Shown: positions 12,751 to 26,691, counted from the first letter of the stretch. The stretch is DNA of 64,000 nucleotides from Octopus vulgaris (GCA_951406725.2 OX597824.1:74214001-74278000); one strand, 5' to 3'. The notes: generated by a model from the letters alone, not told the origin. Program-made: numbers and translations.

Positions 12751-13616
12751 TTACCTGCCTACCTACCTATCTATCTATCTATACATGATTGTATACACAT
12801 GTATGTATGTGCATGAGTGAGTGTGACTATGTATATTTGTCTCCTTGTAAATGAGTGTCACTGTCATACAAGCAGTGTCATTCATTTCCAATATTCTGCA
12901 AAAAAATGTCTGACCATGGGGGAAATATTATCTTTTTTGAAAACAGGTGAAGGTTGGCAACGGAAAGAGCATCCAGCCACACAAAATCTACCACGATAAA
13001 CTCCTAACTACTGCAAACAGAAAGTTGATTATGATGACAACACCCATTTTTGCACCTATTGATAACAGGAGAAAATACAATACTAATAAGCTATTGATAG
13101 AAAATAATTTTTTCCAAAAAATGTCTTCCCAACTCTTCCTTGTTCTAAGGTCAAAGTTATTTATATTCTAAAGTCAATTCAGTTCATTCCATAACTACCA
13201 CATCCATAATCGTTTTATCACCTGCGTGAGAAAATGATAATAGGTGTGACGACAGTGGTGGAATAATCATTATTTAGAAAAATGACACCAAAACGGAAGT
13301 GGTGAATAAAGAGAGAAAGTAATTTTTTTACATGTGTGTATGCGTATATATTTGTTTATATATATATATATATATATATATAAACATTAATAACGATGAG
13401 GAGAATGGATATTTTTCATATCCATAACAAGTTGCTGTAATTATGTTTGAATTATAAATCCATGCTCTAAAGTGGTACCAGATGTTATCCTTGTTGGTTC
13501 TCTCTTTCTAATATAATTTCTGTTGTCATTGGAGGGTATATAAAGCTCTTTATTTATTACAAAGTGGGAGGAGGAGAATGAGTGGGAGTGATTGATACTG
13601 GATTGTAAGAAGGCAC

Positions 13617-13699
<83 letters not shown>

Positions 13700-14465
13700 G
13701 GAACTTTAGGTTAGTTAAAATACATTTGTGACATGTGTGAGTATTTGTGTGTGTGTGCATTCATAAACTTTTGTTATGGCTGGTCAGAGAGTGACCATTT
13801 GCTTCACACCTATACTGCTTAGAGCAGTATAGGTGTGAAACCATACAGGGATAGGCAAAAGTAGGCATGCAGTTAGTCGACTTATGAATCACTTAGGTTT
13901 AAAAAAGAAACAGAAATGAAGATAGCATTCCATTCATATTAACACTTTAGCATTCAGATTATTCTGTCAAGTGTAAAGCTTATTTATTCATATTGTTTTC
14001 AATTTATTATGCATTATCTTGTAGCTTTGAGATTTCAATGATATGATTGTATATTTTTAGAATGATATTGTAGAGTAGGTGTGAGAGACCAGATTTAGCC
14101 AGTTCTGACATAAAACCGGTAGAATATTGAGGCCGGATATGGCTGGTTTAAATATGCTAAGGGGTTAAGCAACTTGTGTGTGTGTGTTCTTGAATAAGAA
14201 ATAGGAAGTCCTTGGTACAGTATTATATATTTGATAAAATGAATAGAAATGGCTTTTCTGATAATTTTTCCACTTCAATAATTAAATATTTATGAATTTC
14301 AGGTGCATACCATATTAGCTCTCAATTAAGTTCCAGTTAATGGCTAACTACAATCATCAGTATCTAATGTCTGTGTCTACATTTGGTTATTAGTTACTCT
14401 GAATTCTTCTGATGGCTAATTCCATGTGCTCTTCGCTGGACAGTAAGGAGGATTAATGTATATAT

Positions 14466-14900
14466 CATCATCATCGTTTAACGTCCGTTTTCCATACTAG
14501 CATGGGTTGGACAGTTCGACCAGGGTCTGGGAAGCCAGGAGGCTGCACCAGGCTCCAGTCTGATCTGGCAGTGTTTCTACTGCTGGATGCCCTTCCTAAC
14601 ACCAACCACTCTGTGAGTGTAGTGGGTGCTTTTTACGTACCACTGGCACAGGTGCCAGAGGAGGCTGGCAACAGTCACGATCGATTGGTGCTTTTTACGT
14701 GCCACCGGCACGGAAGTTAGTCAAGGCGGCGCCTGCATCAGCCACATTCGGATGGTGCTTTTTATGTGCCACTGGCATGGGTATCACAGCTACAATTTCC
14801 ATTTGATGTTGATGTACTTGACTCAATAGGTCTCCTCAAGCACAGCAGGTTACCCAACGATCCAAGGTAAGCACAGCAGGCCGTCCTGCTATCCAAGGTA
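14466..14900 (-). mobile_element. Retroposon family C with (GAT)n tail and internal GTGCCGGTGGCACGTAAAAAGCACC-type repeats
   Basis: Related copies near 16620-16790, 23985-24400, 24770-24925, 30440-30830, 34875-35130, 42245-42430, 45170-45450, 58143-58385. Confidence 0.8.
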
Positions 14901-15070
14901 CTTGGGCTGGGGCTGCTATATATATAGATATAAATATTTGTTTTGTAAGATTTTTGATGTGTTGAAACACATTCTGATACTTGGGGATTTTTTTTAGCAT
15001 GGATCCTGCACAAGGATGACATGCAAATTCATGAAGTGTTCCTTATTTTTTGGCACAGAAGTGGTCACTA

Positions 15071-15450
15071 GGCGCAGGAGCGGCTGTGTGGTAAGAAGCT
15101 TGCTTCCCAACCGCATGGTTCAGTTCCACTGCCTGGCACCTTGGGCAAGTGTTTTCTACTATTGCCTCAGTCCGACCAAAGCCCTGTGAGTGGACTTGGT
15201 AGACAGAAATTGAAAGGAGCTTGTTTGTGTGTGTGTGTGTGTATTTGTGTGTTTGTACCCCCACTGTCGCTTGACAACCGATGTTGGTATATTTACATCT
15301 CCGTAACTTAGCAGTTCAGCAGAAGAGGCCAATAGAATAAATACTAGGCTTACAAAGACTAAGTTCTGGTGTTGATTTGTTCAACTAAAGGTGGTGCTCC
15401 AGCATGACCGCAGTCAAATGAATGAAATAAGTAAAAGAATAAAAGAATAC
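15071..15450 (+). mobile_element. SINE family A
   Basis: Similar to 340-745. Confidence 0.82.
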
Positions 15451-15934
15451 CCTGCAACTAAAAATGAAACCACCAATAAGAAATAGGGTGCTGGTGTGTG
15501 TGTGTGTGTGTGTATTTGGTGAGGTTGGCTCCCTTTTAATTTCTAAAATAAACAATTAATTGCTCTGAAATAAGTTATAGATTATTGGTTTCATTTCTCA
15601 AACACCATTGATAAAATCATTTGGTTAACATATTTATACACTGTCCATGTTCTTAAGCCCTGTATTCGTCTCCACAAGTACTACTCAAAGTGAAAATAAC
15701 ATCCACAAATGTTTGTTTTGGGAAACATAGCTTGAAGTTATAAAGAACTGCTCTTTCATAGACATTGGCAATTACGAAATTAAGCCCCGGTCTGACTTAC
15801 TTGAGAGTGCTAAAGAAAAAAGAAAAAAAACCAATAAAATCCAAGTGTATGTTGTTTGGCTTTTGTTCCTTGCAAAACAGAATTTTGACCGTTTGGCATT
15901 CAGATTACCCTGTCAAATACAATAAAATAATAAT

Positions 15935-16183
15935 GAATGCACCCTTTTTAAAGCCTAGCCTGGCTCATGGGCCCGGTTTCCCAGTTTCTATGGCATATGT
16001 GTTCTCCAGCTGGACAGGACACCAGTCCATCGCAGCGTTACTCATTTTCGCCAGCTGAGTGGACTGGAGCAATGTGAAATGAGGTGTTTCACTCAAGAAC
16101 AACGCGTCGCCCGGTCCAGGAATCGAAACCACAATCTTACGATCATGATGCTGACACCCTAACCACTAAGCCACACGCCTCTA
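15935..16183 (-). mobile_element. tRNA-headed SINE family E
   Basis: Minus-strand head GGCGTGTGGCTTAGTGGTTAGG...GGTTTCGATTCCTGG. Confidence 0.72.
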
Positions 16184-17859
16184 CTCTGTCAAATATAATG
16201 CTTATTTATTCACATTGTTTTTAATTAATCATGCATTATCTTGTAATTTTAAGATTTTAATGAGGTAACTGTTTATTTTTAGAATGATATTGTAGGGTTG
16301 ATGTGAGAGGTCATATCTGGCTAGTTTCAACATAAAACAAATACTGTATATACATGTGGATGGGTTATACTTTTTTTTTTTTTAAACCAAGAATTTCAAT
16401 AAAAACCAAGGGTGCGACCTATCCACTTGACATCACAAGGACCTGAAGTAGACAGCAGTATGTCAGTAGTGGAGTTGATTTATCAATTAGACTACTTTCA
16501 TAAAGTCACTTCTGCTACAAAAAAAAAAATAATACAATTAAAAAAAAACACCATTGAAAGGGAAATTGGGAAAATTAATGTTGATTGGTTCTGAGTAATG
16601 CCAGTTGAGGCGGCCGATGCCAGCGCCGCCTCGACTGGCTTCCGTGTTGGTGGCACGTAAAAAGCACCATCCGAATCGTGGCCGAAGCCAGTGCCGCCTT
16701 GACTGGCTTCCGTGCAGATGGCATGTAAAATGCACCAATCCGACCGTGCTAGCATGGAGAACGGACGTTAAACGATGATGATGATGATTAACTGAATGTT
16801 AACATTGAATCAACATCATCATCATCATCATCAATTGATATGCTTTCTTGGGTCAGACAGAATTGGTTGAGGTAGATTTTCTCTAGATGGATACTCTTCC
16901 TGTTGCTTACCCTCACATGACATCAAGAGAATGGTATACCCCCCCCCACACACACACACACATGCACAATTATATGATGGGCTTCTTTCATTTTCTGTCA
17001 ACCAAATTCACTTATAAGGCTTTTGGTCAGCCCGGGGCTGCAGAGAGGACACTTGCTCAAGGTGCCATATGGTGGGGCTGAATCTGAGATAGCATGGTTG
17101 GGAAGCAAGCCACACCTGTAATGGAGTGTGACATTATTAAGATCGAAAGTGATTTTAATAAAATTTCTTATATGTATATCTTTTATTCATGTATCAAAAG
17201 GAACTATAAATTTACCTGTTGATTGTCCAGTCTTCTGTTTAACAGGTGAATGCCAGTTTGGCTTTGTGTCCAAATGTATCCATTAAGCTTACATTATCTC
17301 ACAGGTTTGAGATTTCAATATAATTGCTCATTCTTACTCTGACATTGTAGGGTAGGTGTGAAAGGCAGGACCTGACCAGTTTGAATGTAAAACAGGAAAA
17401 ATATTTTGGCTATGTATCCATTCTGTCATTTATATATCAGTGAAATACTTATTTGATTGAATGTCCACTGGTGAAATACCTGTTCAGCCAAACGCCATCA
17501 GCTGTCTGTCCTGGAGCCATTCCCCCATTTCCAGAAAGCATGTACGCACCAGATCACAGCATGCTCACTTCCTCCCATCCGTCTTCAGATACTGCTGTAT
17601 AGCTGCTCCAACTTGATATAAATCACTTCAGAAATTTGGCTCCACAACAACAGACTTAAAATAGCACCTACCAAATCCACTGTCTGCCTTGATACAAACA
17701 ACATAGAGAGGAAGAGTGAGAGAAAATATCAACTACAACCTTCATATTCAACAACATAAACATAACACACATACTCATGCGCACAGCGTCCGTAAATATG
17801 ATTTGTATACAAAACCTCCTCAACATTCACAACACAAATAGAAGACATTCTGCTTCAAG

Positions 17860-18250
17860 TGACCGCAACCAAGATGTCATGGCCCAGCATGCCAGGAGGA
17901 ATCTCAGTTGCCCGGCTAGCTTTGGTAGGTCCTCAATTTTCTGTTGTGTGTCTTTGCCAGTAGCATCAGTGTAGATGAGTAGTCTGTGTCTGCTATTAGA
18001 GTGTGCAAGTCTCTAAAATACATCATCTGATGTGGTATCAGGTTGTTCAGCATGAACGCAGTAGCCGGCAAAGCTTACCCTGGCTGGACTGAGCAATATC
18101 ACAAGAGATGAGTGGAAGGTGTTCATAAATCTCTTTGGTCTTCTGTCCACTCTATACAATGTTTTGATGTTTATAGTTATGAAAGAAAAACAAAAGATGA
18201 ACATTCTTAGTTTAATATCACAGATACTCCATTTGGTCCACAGATAGAAA
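17860..18250 (-). mobile_element. Decayed RTE-type LINE 3' fragment
   Basis: Minus-strand RVSFAGYCVHAEQ resembles the RTE C-terminal RLRFAGHC motif; frame disrupted. Confidence 0.5.
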
Positions 18251-20489
18251 TAACAATTGCATACAAACATAGCTGTATGATGGACTAAAATGAACCAAAA
18301 AATAAACACATACACACTCTCTCTCTCTCTCTCTCTCTCTCTATGCTAGAGCCTGAAAATTCTGAATTTTTGGTGGGGAAGATAAAATTGTTTCCCTTTG
18401 TCATTTGTCAGTTCAGTCTATTCTGTTGTCTCTTGTGAGCTTAATCTTGAGGCAGATGATCTGTTTAACCCTTAGGCAAGTTTATTCAATGTCAAGGCAT
18501 GTCTACACATAGGAGGACCTGTGTGATAAATGGCTAGAGGCCAGCCCTTCTCCAACTCCTGTATATGGTAACTACAGGGATATCCTTTGGTTTTTGATCC
18601 AATATTCAAGCACTTGACTGGCACTACCACCCTAAATCAAAGTGGACCTGGAAATAGTGGTGACTAAGAGTTAATTCTGTATTGCCATAGACACAAACTC
18701 ATTGTTGGAGCTTCACTGTCAGATATAAGTATATATACTCAAGACATAAGCACATATAAAATGTACATATAAAGTACATATGAAATGTGCAGTTTGCATC
18801 ATCATATCTTGATTACAGATCACCCTCATAATAAAACAAAACTACTAGTTGGCCTATGGTGAAGGGTGGAATTTCTGTCTTCTGTGAAAAAACATGTCGG
18901 ATCATAAGAAATATATTGCTTGGAAACAGGTGAGAGTTTGTGACAGCAAGAGCATCCAGCCATAGGCAACCTCCTTATCATCATCATTTAATGTCTGTTG
19001 TCTATACTGGCATGAGTTGGATGGTTTGACCAGAGCTGGCTGCACCAGACTCCAGTCTAATTTTACATGATTTCTATTACTGGATGCCCTTCCTAACACC
19101 AACCATTTTACAGAGTGTGCTGGGTGCTTTCATATGGTGCCACAACCTGCCTCAACATATTCTGTCTGATTCATGCAAGCATGGAAAAATGGATGCTAAA
19201 TGATGATGATGATTTATTAATTACTAAAAGGCCTTAAAAGAAATAACAGCAAATTAGGCATCATGTAAGTTTATATTGGGGGAAAACTGAGAACAGAGTG
19301 TTACTCCAACTCACAAAATATAAAACAAATATAACTATGTCGAAAGTTGACCTGAGGTGAGTGGGAATAAAGGGGCCATGTGATAAGAAACTTGCTTCCC
19401 AACAACATGGTTCCAGGTTCAGTCCCACTGCATGGTACATTGGGCAAGTGTCTTCTACTATAGCCTTGGGCTGACCAAAGCCATGTGAGTAGATTTGGTA
19501 GACAGAAACTGAAAGAAGCCTGTCATGTGTGTGTGTCTTTGTCCCACCACCACTTGATAACCAGTGTCAGTGTATTTATGTTCCTGTAACTTAGAGGTTC
19601 AGCAAAAGTGACCAATAGAATAAGTATTAGGCTTTAATTTTTTTCAGGATCAGGTAATTAATTCAATGTCCATCCTTCAACAGTTGAAGTGGGGTTGGTT
19701 TTCTTTTAGGGATTCCCTTCCTTAGACAAGCTCAGTGCTGCCCATACTTATGAGTTCCAACTGTTCCAGATTTGAAATCCTGAGAGAAGCTTACTTCTCC
19801 TTGGGAATTTTTTACGACTCCCCAATCTGACTACCCCGACTCTGTGACTCCTCAAATGTGGATGCTAAGACCTAGTCATGATATCTCCCCAGACATTTGC
19901 ACCTGTGCTGCGTTAGCTGTGGCCAGAGTCATGTCCACCTTGCTTTATATTCTGCGGAAACACATTAACATGTTGTGAAAGCGTGGTTACGGAGTTCACC
20001 CCTATCTAGGGACCCTCTGATCACCCTAAACTAGAAGCTCTAAGTAGATCAAATAATATCAGTTGTTTGGAAAAAAAACCCCAATGGGAACATAGTTTCC
20101 TTGACTTGCTTATGACATCAACTATCACCACTGCTATATAGGTCGACTTTGCCTTTCATCCTTTCGGGGTCGATAAGTAAAGTACCAGTTACGCACTGGG
20201 GTCGATGTAATCGACTTAATCCCTTTGTCTGTCCCCTCTATGTTTAGCTCCTTGCGGGCAATAAAGAAATATATCTAACGCTATCTTCCTTATTTAAGAC
20301 AGTAGGGTGAGTTTTTATGGAAGATTTAGCTGTTATTTCTAACAGGTTAAATGATATGGGTGTTCAGTAGTTGGCTCGGCTATACAACTGTAAATGCAGG
20401 TGGTGGCCTCAACAGGGGTGTGTTTACTTTGTGGCCTCCCAACCCAGTTGTGGACATTCACCACAAAAGTGTGGTAGAAGTGGGAGTTG

Positions 20490-20890
20490 GTCATGAATGT
20501 AGTGGCAGAAAATAATTACGATGATGATTATGATGTTGATGGTGATTGAAATATACTTGGTGATAGGGATAGTAGTTGTAGAGATGGTGGTGGCAGTAGT
20601 AGCTGTGGAGTGATGGTAGCAGTGCCTGGTGCAGAGTAGTGGTATATGTAGTAGGGGTAGCAGCGAGAGGAATGGTAGTGGTGGCAGAATAATGATGGTC
20701 ATAGCGAAACGGGTATAGAGGTGGTAGAAGTAGTAGTGAGTAGTGGTGGTAGCAATAGCTGAGGAGTGGTGGTAGGGTTAATTGTAAGGGTATATAGTTA
20801 GTTGGTAGTATTGATGGTAGTAAGTTAGTTAGTTAGCTAGCTAGAAGTTGTTGAAGAAATGTGAAGTGGAGCAGTGTAGTAGTATACTCA
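20490..20890. repeat. Degenerate (GTA/GTG/GAT)n low-complexity tract
   Basis: Directly visible. Confidence 0.85.
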
Positions 20891-21139
20891 ACATACCACA
20901 GCAGACGACATTGTGGTCTAAACATTCAAGTTATATATATAAGGCGTTATAGACATATATATATATATCTATCTTTACTACCCACAAGGGGCTAAACACA
21001 GAGGGGACAGACAAACGGATTAAGTCGATTATATCGACCTCAGTGCGTAACTGGTACTTATTTAATCGGCCCCGAAAGGAATTTGAACTAAGACGAAATT
21101 TCGCCCGGCGTGCTAACGTTTCTGCCAGCTCGCCTTTAT

Positions 21140-21204
<65 letters not shown>

Positions 21205-21244
21205 TATAAGGTATATAATTGGTAGAATTCCCTCAAATAATAAT

Positions 21245-21280
<36 letters not shown>

Positions 21281-21312
21281 CGTTATATGCACTTATATAT
21301 ATACTTTTTAGA

Positions 21313-21680
21313 CGTCATGTGTCGTCAGGAACATGTTTCAAAACAACTTTGAATTTTAAAATTTCATGTTGAAACTTGTCTTTCAGCTGCACGCTGAGAC
21401 AGTAACAAAAGCCTGCACAGACACGTTCCCAGCTTGGGTATAGCAATAAACGAACATGTTGAGACTTGTTTAGTGAAGGAAGGCTTGCACAGACATGTTG
21501 AGACGTGTTTTATGGAAGTGGGGGCTTGCATAGTACAAGTCTGTGCAAGTCCCTGCTGAAAGTAAGAGAACATGTCAAGACTTGTTTATAACTTGGGTGC
21601 TGCGGGGATGTTAGCTGTTTATCTGTTCAGACGTGTCTGGAGCTTGGCTGAAGACAGAACAGGTTGGATCTTGTCTGGAG
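21313..21680. promoter_or_regulatory. Cluster of p53/p63/p73-family response elements (candidate BAX enhancer)
   Basis: 4 perfect and about 13 one-mismatch RRRCWWGYYY half-sites, many with 0-bp spacers, e.g. GAACATGTTG-AGACTTGTTT 21452-21471, AGGCTTGCAC-AGACATGTTG-AGACGTGTTT 21481-21510, GAACATGTCA-AGACTTGTTT 21568-21587. Confidence 0.75.
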
Positions 21681-23273
21681 AAAGCTGAAAGTGAAAGGAA
21701 CGTGCATGCACGAAGTTGTCTTGCTGCTGCTTGGTTGAAGTAAAATTGCGTGTAGGGTAGTTTAAGTTTAAAGAGCTTTGCTGAAATTTGCTTCGCTTGA
21801 CTGAATTATAAAAGGAAAATAAAAAAGGGGGGAAAAAAAGAAAGAAAAAACACTTAACAAACAAAAAGTTGGCTAGATCTTTGTTGAAATGAAAGAACTT
21901 TTGTAAAAGTGTCTAGCTTGGCTGAAGTAAAATCTCATATGAAGACCTGTCTGTAAGATATTGAAAGTTGAAGCTTGTAGAAAGAAGCTTGGTTGTTGTC
22001 ACTTGGGTGAAAACATATCAGTTGGTAGTGTATTGAAGTGAAAGTAGAAAGAGAAAAAAAAAATGTGTATAGCAATGGCTTAAGAAAAGAAAGAAAAAAA
22101 CAACAATTATTGAGATGTTATGAAAAGTGCACACGGAAAATAAAAACTGGTTTGTTCGTAACGAAAAAAAAAATAATAGATCAGCTGTAATGTGCTGTGA
22201 GATGGAAATTGTTTTGGAGACGGCCCAGTCTTCAAGTGAATAATTAATATCCATCCATCATCATTATCACCATCGCAATCATTATCTCTTTCTTCTTCAT
22301 CCAACATCATCCAACTGCCAAACTAGTCCCCTATTTATTTATGTATTCCTTGAATGTCCATTGTACCATGATAAAATCTACACAAGGTAGGAAATTCACA
22401 TTTTTTTTTTATCAATGATTACAAAGCAAAATTATATTTTTTTCTCTCCATAATTTTTCTCTGACATTTTGGTTTTTTTTTTTTTTTTATAAGTAAAGGT
22501 GATATTACTTTGTGATCACTTAATAGCTGAGGCATGATTTACGAGAAAGATGATATTCAATAGAAATATGTTCACAGACATACATTCACCCTTCAAAACC
22601 TCTTCAAACGAACACCCACTCCTTCACACGCACATACACCCACATACTCTTTCTTACTATCTCTCCTATCTTCCTCTCTCCCTCTGTCTTCCTCTCTCTC
22701 TCTCGTACCTACACACGCGCGCTTACATAGCAACACAATATCTTGCAGATGTGGATGGGCTTATAATTGTTAAGAAATGTAAAATGCATAGAAAAAGAAA
22801 GAAAGTATCTTGCGTAGTAGCCCTTGGGCAAGTGCCTTCTAATAGCTCTGGGCTGACCGTAGCTTTGTGAGTGGATTTGGTTGACGGAAACTGAAAGAAG
22901 CCCGTCGTGTATGTGTGTGTGTATACATACATACATACATACACACACACATACTCTTTTACTTGTTTTTGTCATTTGACTGTGGCCATAATGGAGCACT
23001 GCCTTTAGTCGAGCAAACCGACCCCAGGACTTATTCTTTGTAAGCCTAGTACTTTCTTAGTTTTTGTCTACCAGATCCTCTTACAAGGCTTTTGGTTGGC
23101 TACAGTAGAAGGCACTCACCCAAGATGCCATGCAATGGGACTGAACCTGGAACCATGTGTTTGAGAAGCAAATTCCTTAACCTATACCTACACAGTCAAT
23201 ACTACACTTCATCAAAACTCGCATCCCTCCTCTATTCTGACAATGCAACACAACTATTCCAAATATGAGGATT

Positions 23274-23495
23274 AGGCGGCGAGCTGGCAGAAACGTTAGC
23301 GCGCCGGGCGAAATGCTTAGCGGTATTTCGTCTGCCGTTACGTTGTGTTCAAATTCCGCCGAGGTCAACTTTGCCTTTCATCCTTTCGGGGTCGATTAAA
23401 CAAGTACCAGTTACGCACTGGGGGTCAATGAAATCGACTTAATACCTATGTCTGTCACCTCTATGTTTAGCCCCTTGTGGGTAATAAAGAAATAG
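23274..23495 (+). mobile_element. SINE family B, full length
   Basis: GGCGGCGAGCTGGCAGAAACGTTAGC head, GTTCAAATTCC B box, AAAGAAAT tail; another copy at about 36149-36380. Confidence 0.88.
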
Positions 23496-26400
23496 GTTGT
23501 AAACAAATATCACCATCATATAAGCGATGTTGCTTGTTTCCAAACTTCTGTGGAAAACATTTCCGGCCATGGAGAAATATTGCTTACACAGGCACATACA
23601 TGTGTGTGTGTGTGTGTGTGATGGGCTTCTTGTTTTCATCCACCAGATCCACTCAAATGGCTTTGGTTGAACTCTAGACTACTTGGTTGAGATGCAAGCT
23701 TCTTAACAACTGCCACTCTTGTGTCTAATGTAGTAAAGAAAGCAACTTGACGCATAAACACATTTAGATCACTCACAGATGACAAATTTTTGCTTACAGT
23801 TACAAACCACAATAATTGTATACAAACAACATATGAGATATATCATAGACTAATCAGTCCTCTCTGGACATGCAATCTCACCCAAACAAACCACAAGTTA
23901 TGTAATACAGTGTATTACATATCAACACAGCAGTACAAAAGACAAATGACCTCTTGGACATGCAAATTTTACCTCTCACATTCCTTCATCATCATCATCA
24001 TCATCGTCGGCTTTCCATGCTAGTATGGGTTGGACGATTTGACTGAGGATTGGTGAACCGGATGGCTGCCCCAGGCTCCAATCTGATCTGGCAGAGTTTC
24101 AACAGCTGGATGCCCTTCCTAATGCCAACCACTCTGAGAGTGTAGTGGATGCTTTTATGTGCCACCGGCACGAGGGCCAGTCAGGTGGTACTGGCAACGG
24201 CCATGCTCATGGTGTTTTTTACGTGCCACCTGCACAGGAGCCAGTTCAGCGGCACTGGCAACGATCTTGCTCAAATGTTTTTTCACGTGCCAGTAAGGTG
24301 ATGCTGGTAACAATCACGCTCGAATGGTACTTTTTATGTGCTACCGGCACGGAAACCAATCAGCTGCTCTTGCAACGATCACAGTCTGATGGTTCTTTGT
24401 AAATTATCACTCCCTAATCATCTGGACTCTACTGCAACAGCATCCTGTCACAGACAAACGTTAAAAAACACATACACGCAGAAATAGCTGCAACCTCAAT
24501 AGCTTCACCAGCCCAAACATGTTATGCATGGATGCACACTACCAATAACAAGTATGGAGGAGCAGCTGTTGTTGAACTTTAACTATTTTGTCACCTTAGT
24601 TATGTTGAAACATACTACCTTATTTGCAATTAACTTTTAAAATAGTGAAGAATTTGTTAAAATTACTGTCATTATATGCTGATGCAAGGTAATGAGCTGA
24701 CAGAATCATTAGCACGACAGTCAAAATTCTTAAGTGCATTCTGCCTTGTCTTTACATTCATCCTCCTCCTCCTCATCATCATCATCATTTAATGTCCGTT
24801 TTCCATGCTAGCATGGGTTGGACGGTTTGACCAGGGTCTGGGAAGCCAGGAGGCTGCACCAGGCTCCAGTCTGATCTGGCAGTGTTTCTATATCTGGATG
24901 CCCTTCCTAATGCCAACCACTCAGTGAGTTCAAATTCCACCATGGTTGACTTTGCATTTCATCCTCTTGAGTGTTGATAAAATAAGTACCAGTTGAGGAC
25001 TGGGTTTGATGTAATTGACTTAGTCCTTCCCTTACAATTGCTGGCCTTGTGCCAAAATTTGAGACCATTTTATGCTGGTGTCTGGAATATGAATTAATGT
25101 GAAATTTTGATGGAAGGTTTTGTTTATATCACTTTAAAATAGAGAATTCGTATCAGGGAACCAAAGAGCAGTTTCAAATGAGTTGGTATCAAAAGAGTTG
25201 ATCAAGCTTACATTTCCTCCTCAACTGTTGCCACTGCCAGAATCAACAGGTATACAGAATAAGAAAACTGGATATTGGGAAGGGTAACAGGGTTAGGGTA
25301 CCTATTCCATGGAGTAGGGTACCTACTCCATGCTTGTTGGAGTGTACAGTCTCGTCTTCAGTTAGAGTATTTTATGAGTGGTAAAGTAGATCTGTGTGTC
25401 ACATCTAATCATTTGATTGGAGCTCAGCTGGAGCGGCATAAGAACGACAACAATACTTTCAGCTGTTGGTGAGTATATTAATTAACAGAGTAAAATATTT
25501 TCAGATATTGATCTCATATAGAGAGAAATACATTCACACAGTTTCAAATATTGGTGACTAATGTCTGTAGTGTAAAATATATTCACATACAGATCACTTA
25601 TGTTCAAACAATTTCCTTTTGATTAAATTAATTAATTTTGACTTAATTAAGTTATATCTTCTCATTATGGCACAATTAAATGGAAGTAGGAATCTCATCT
25701 GATGTAGTTGAAGTTTTTCTTCTTCTTTTTTTTTACTTTTCTTTTTATTTTGCTCAATTTTTCTGTACGGCAGATTTATCCAATCCATGCTAAGATGGGA
25801 GAAATGGACATTTAAAATGATGACAGTGTTGTTTGGCATCAGATCAGATCTGATTTAACTGGCCTGTGATCAAAGACATTCCATCTGTAACCATCCTGTC
25901 TTTTTAAGAAGTTTGTGGGATATACATTATTTAATATAAACGTTCCTTGTTGATAGCAATGTAGTGTACTTTGAGAGAAATTTAGCTGCTATTTCTAGCA
26001 GGGTTGAACAGCCATATTGAAGTTCCCTCTGATGATAAAATTGATGATGCTGTGATAGTGAACTAATTTTTAGTGACATAAGCAGGCTGCTTTTCTCCAT
26101 GCTTCTTTGTTTTTGGTTTGGTCTATAACAGTGTATCGCAAAAGGGTTTCCATTTTAAAATACTTGGGGTTTCTGTAAGATAAAATATAGGCATTTAATT
26201 AATAAAAAGGCTAACTGGAATCATGTCACCACATATTTATGTATATAAAAAAAACCCAAAAAACAGGCAAATAAAAGAATAATGTCGAAAAATTTTTAAT
26301 GGAAAGAAAATCATAAGCTTCAATTGTTAAACAAAAAAGAATACTCTAAATGTAATGAAGAAACTCATAAAAAGAAATCTTAAACCATAAATCACTTTTC

Positions 26401-26691
26401 AGCAGCTACTTTCTTCAAAACCTAGAAATTTGGCAATATCTTTGAATTCTGAGAAGTTTTCTTTCATCTCAGAATCTTATACATAGATATAATTTTCAAT
26501 GTCATATAAATTGTTACTTAAGCCACATTTCTCAAAAAACCTTCATAATAACTTTTTCTTTAATAGTCCTCTTAAGATTTCTTTGTCTACTCACAGATGA
26601 GTGTAATATTAGGATATTTTACTCAGCCAGTGGGAGTGAATGGTTGCTCACTTGGTGAAATCAGTAAACACTTCACTCATGAATTCTTTAA

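Noticed and set aside
13285-13325. ETS motif CGGAAGTG as the BAX promoter
   Set aside because: Single 8-mer with no other support; not enough to call
21313-21680. CRISPR-like or simple minisatellite explanation for the repeated CATGTTGAGACTTG motifs
   Set aside because: Eukaryotic context with no constant repeat/spacer period; what recurs is the decamer pattern, not a fixed unit
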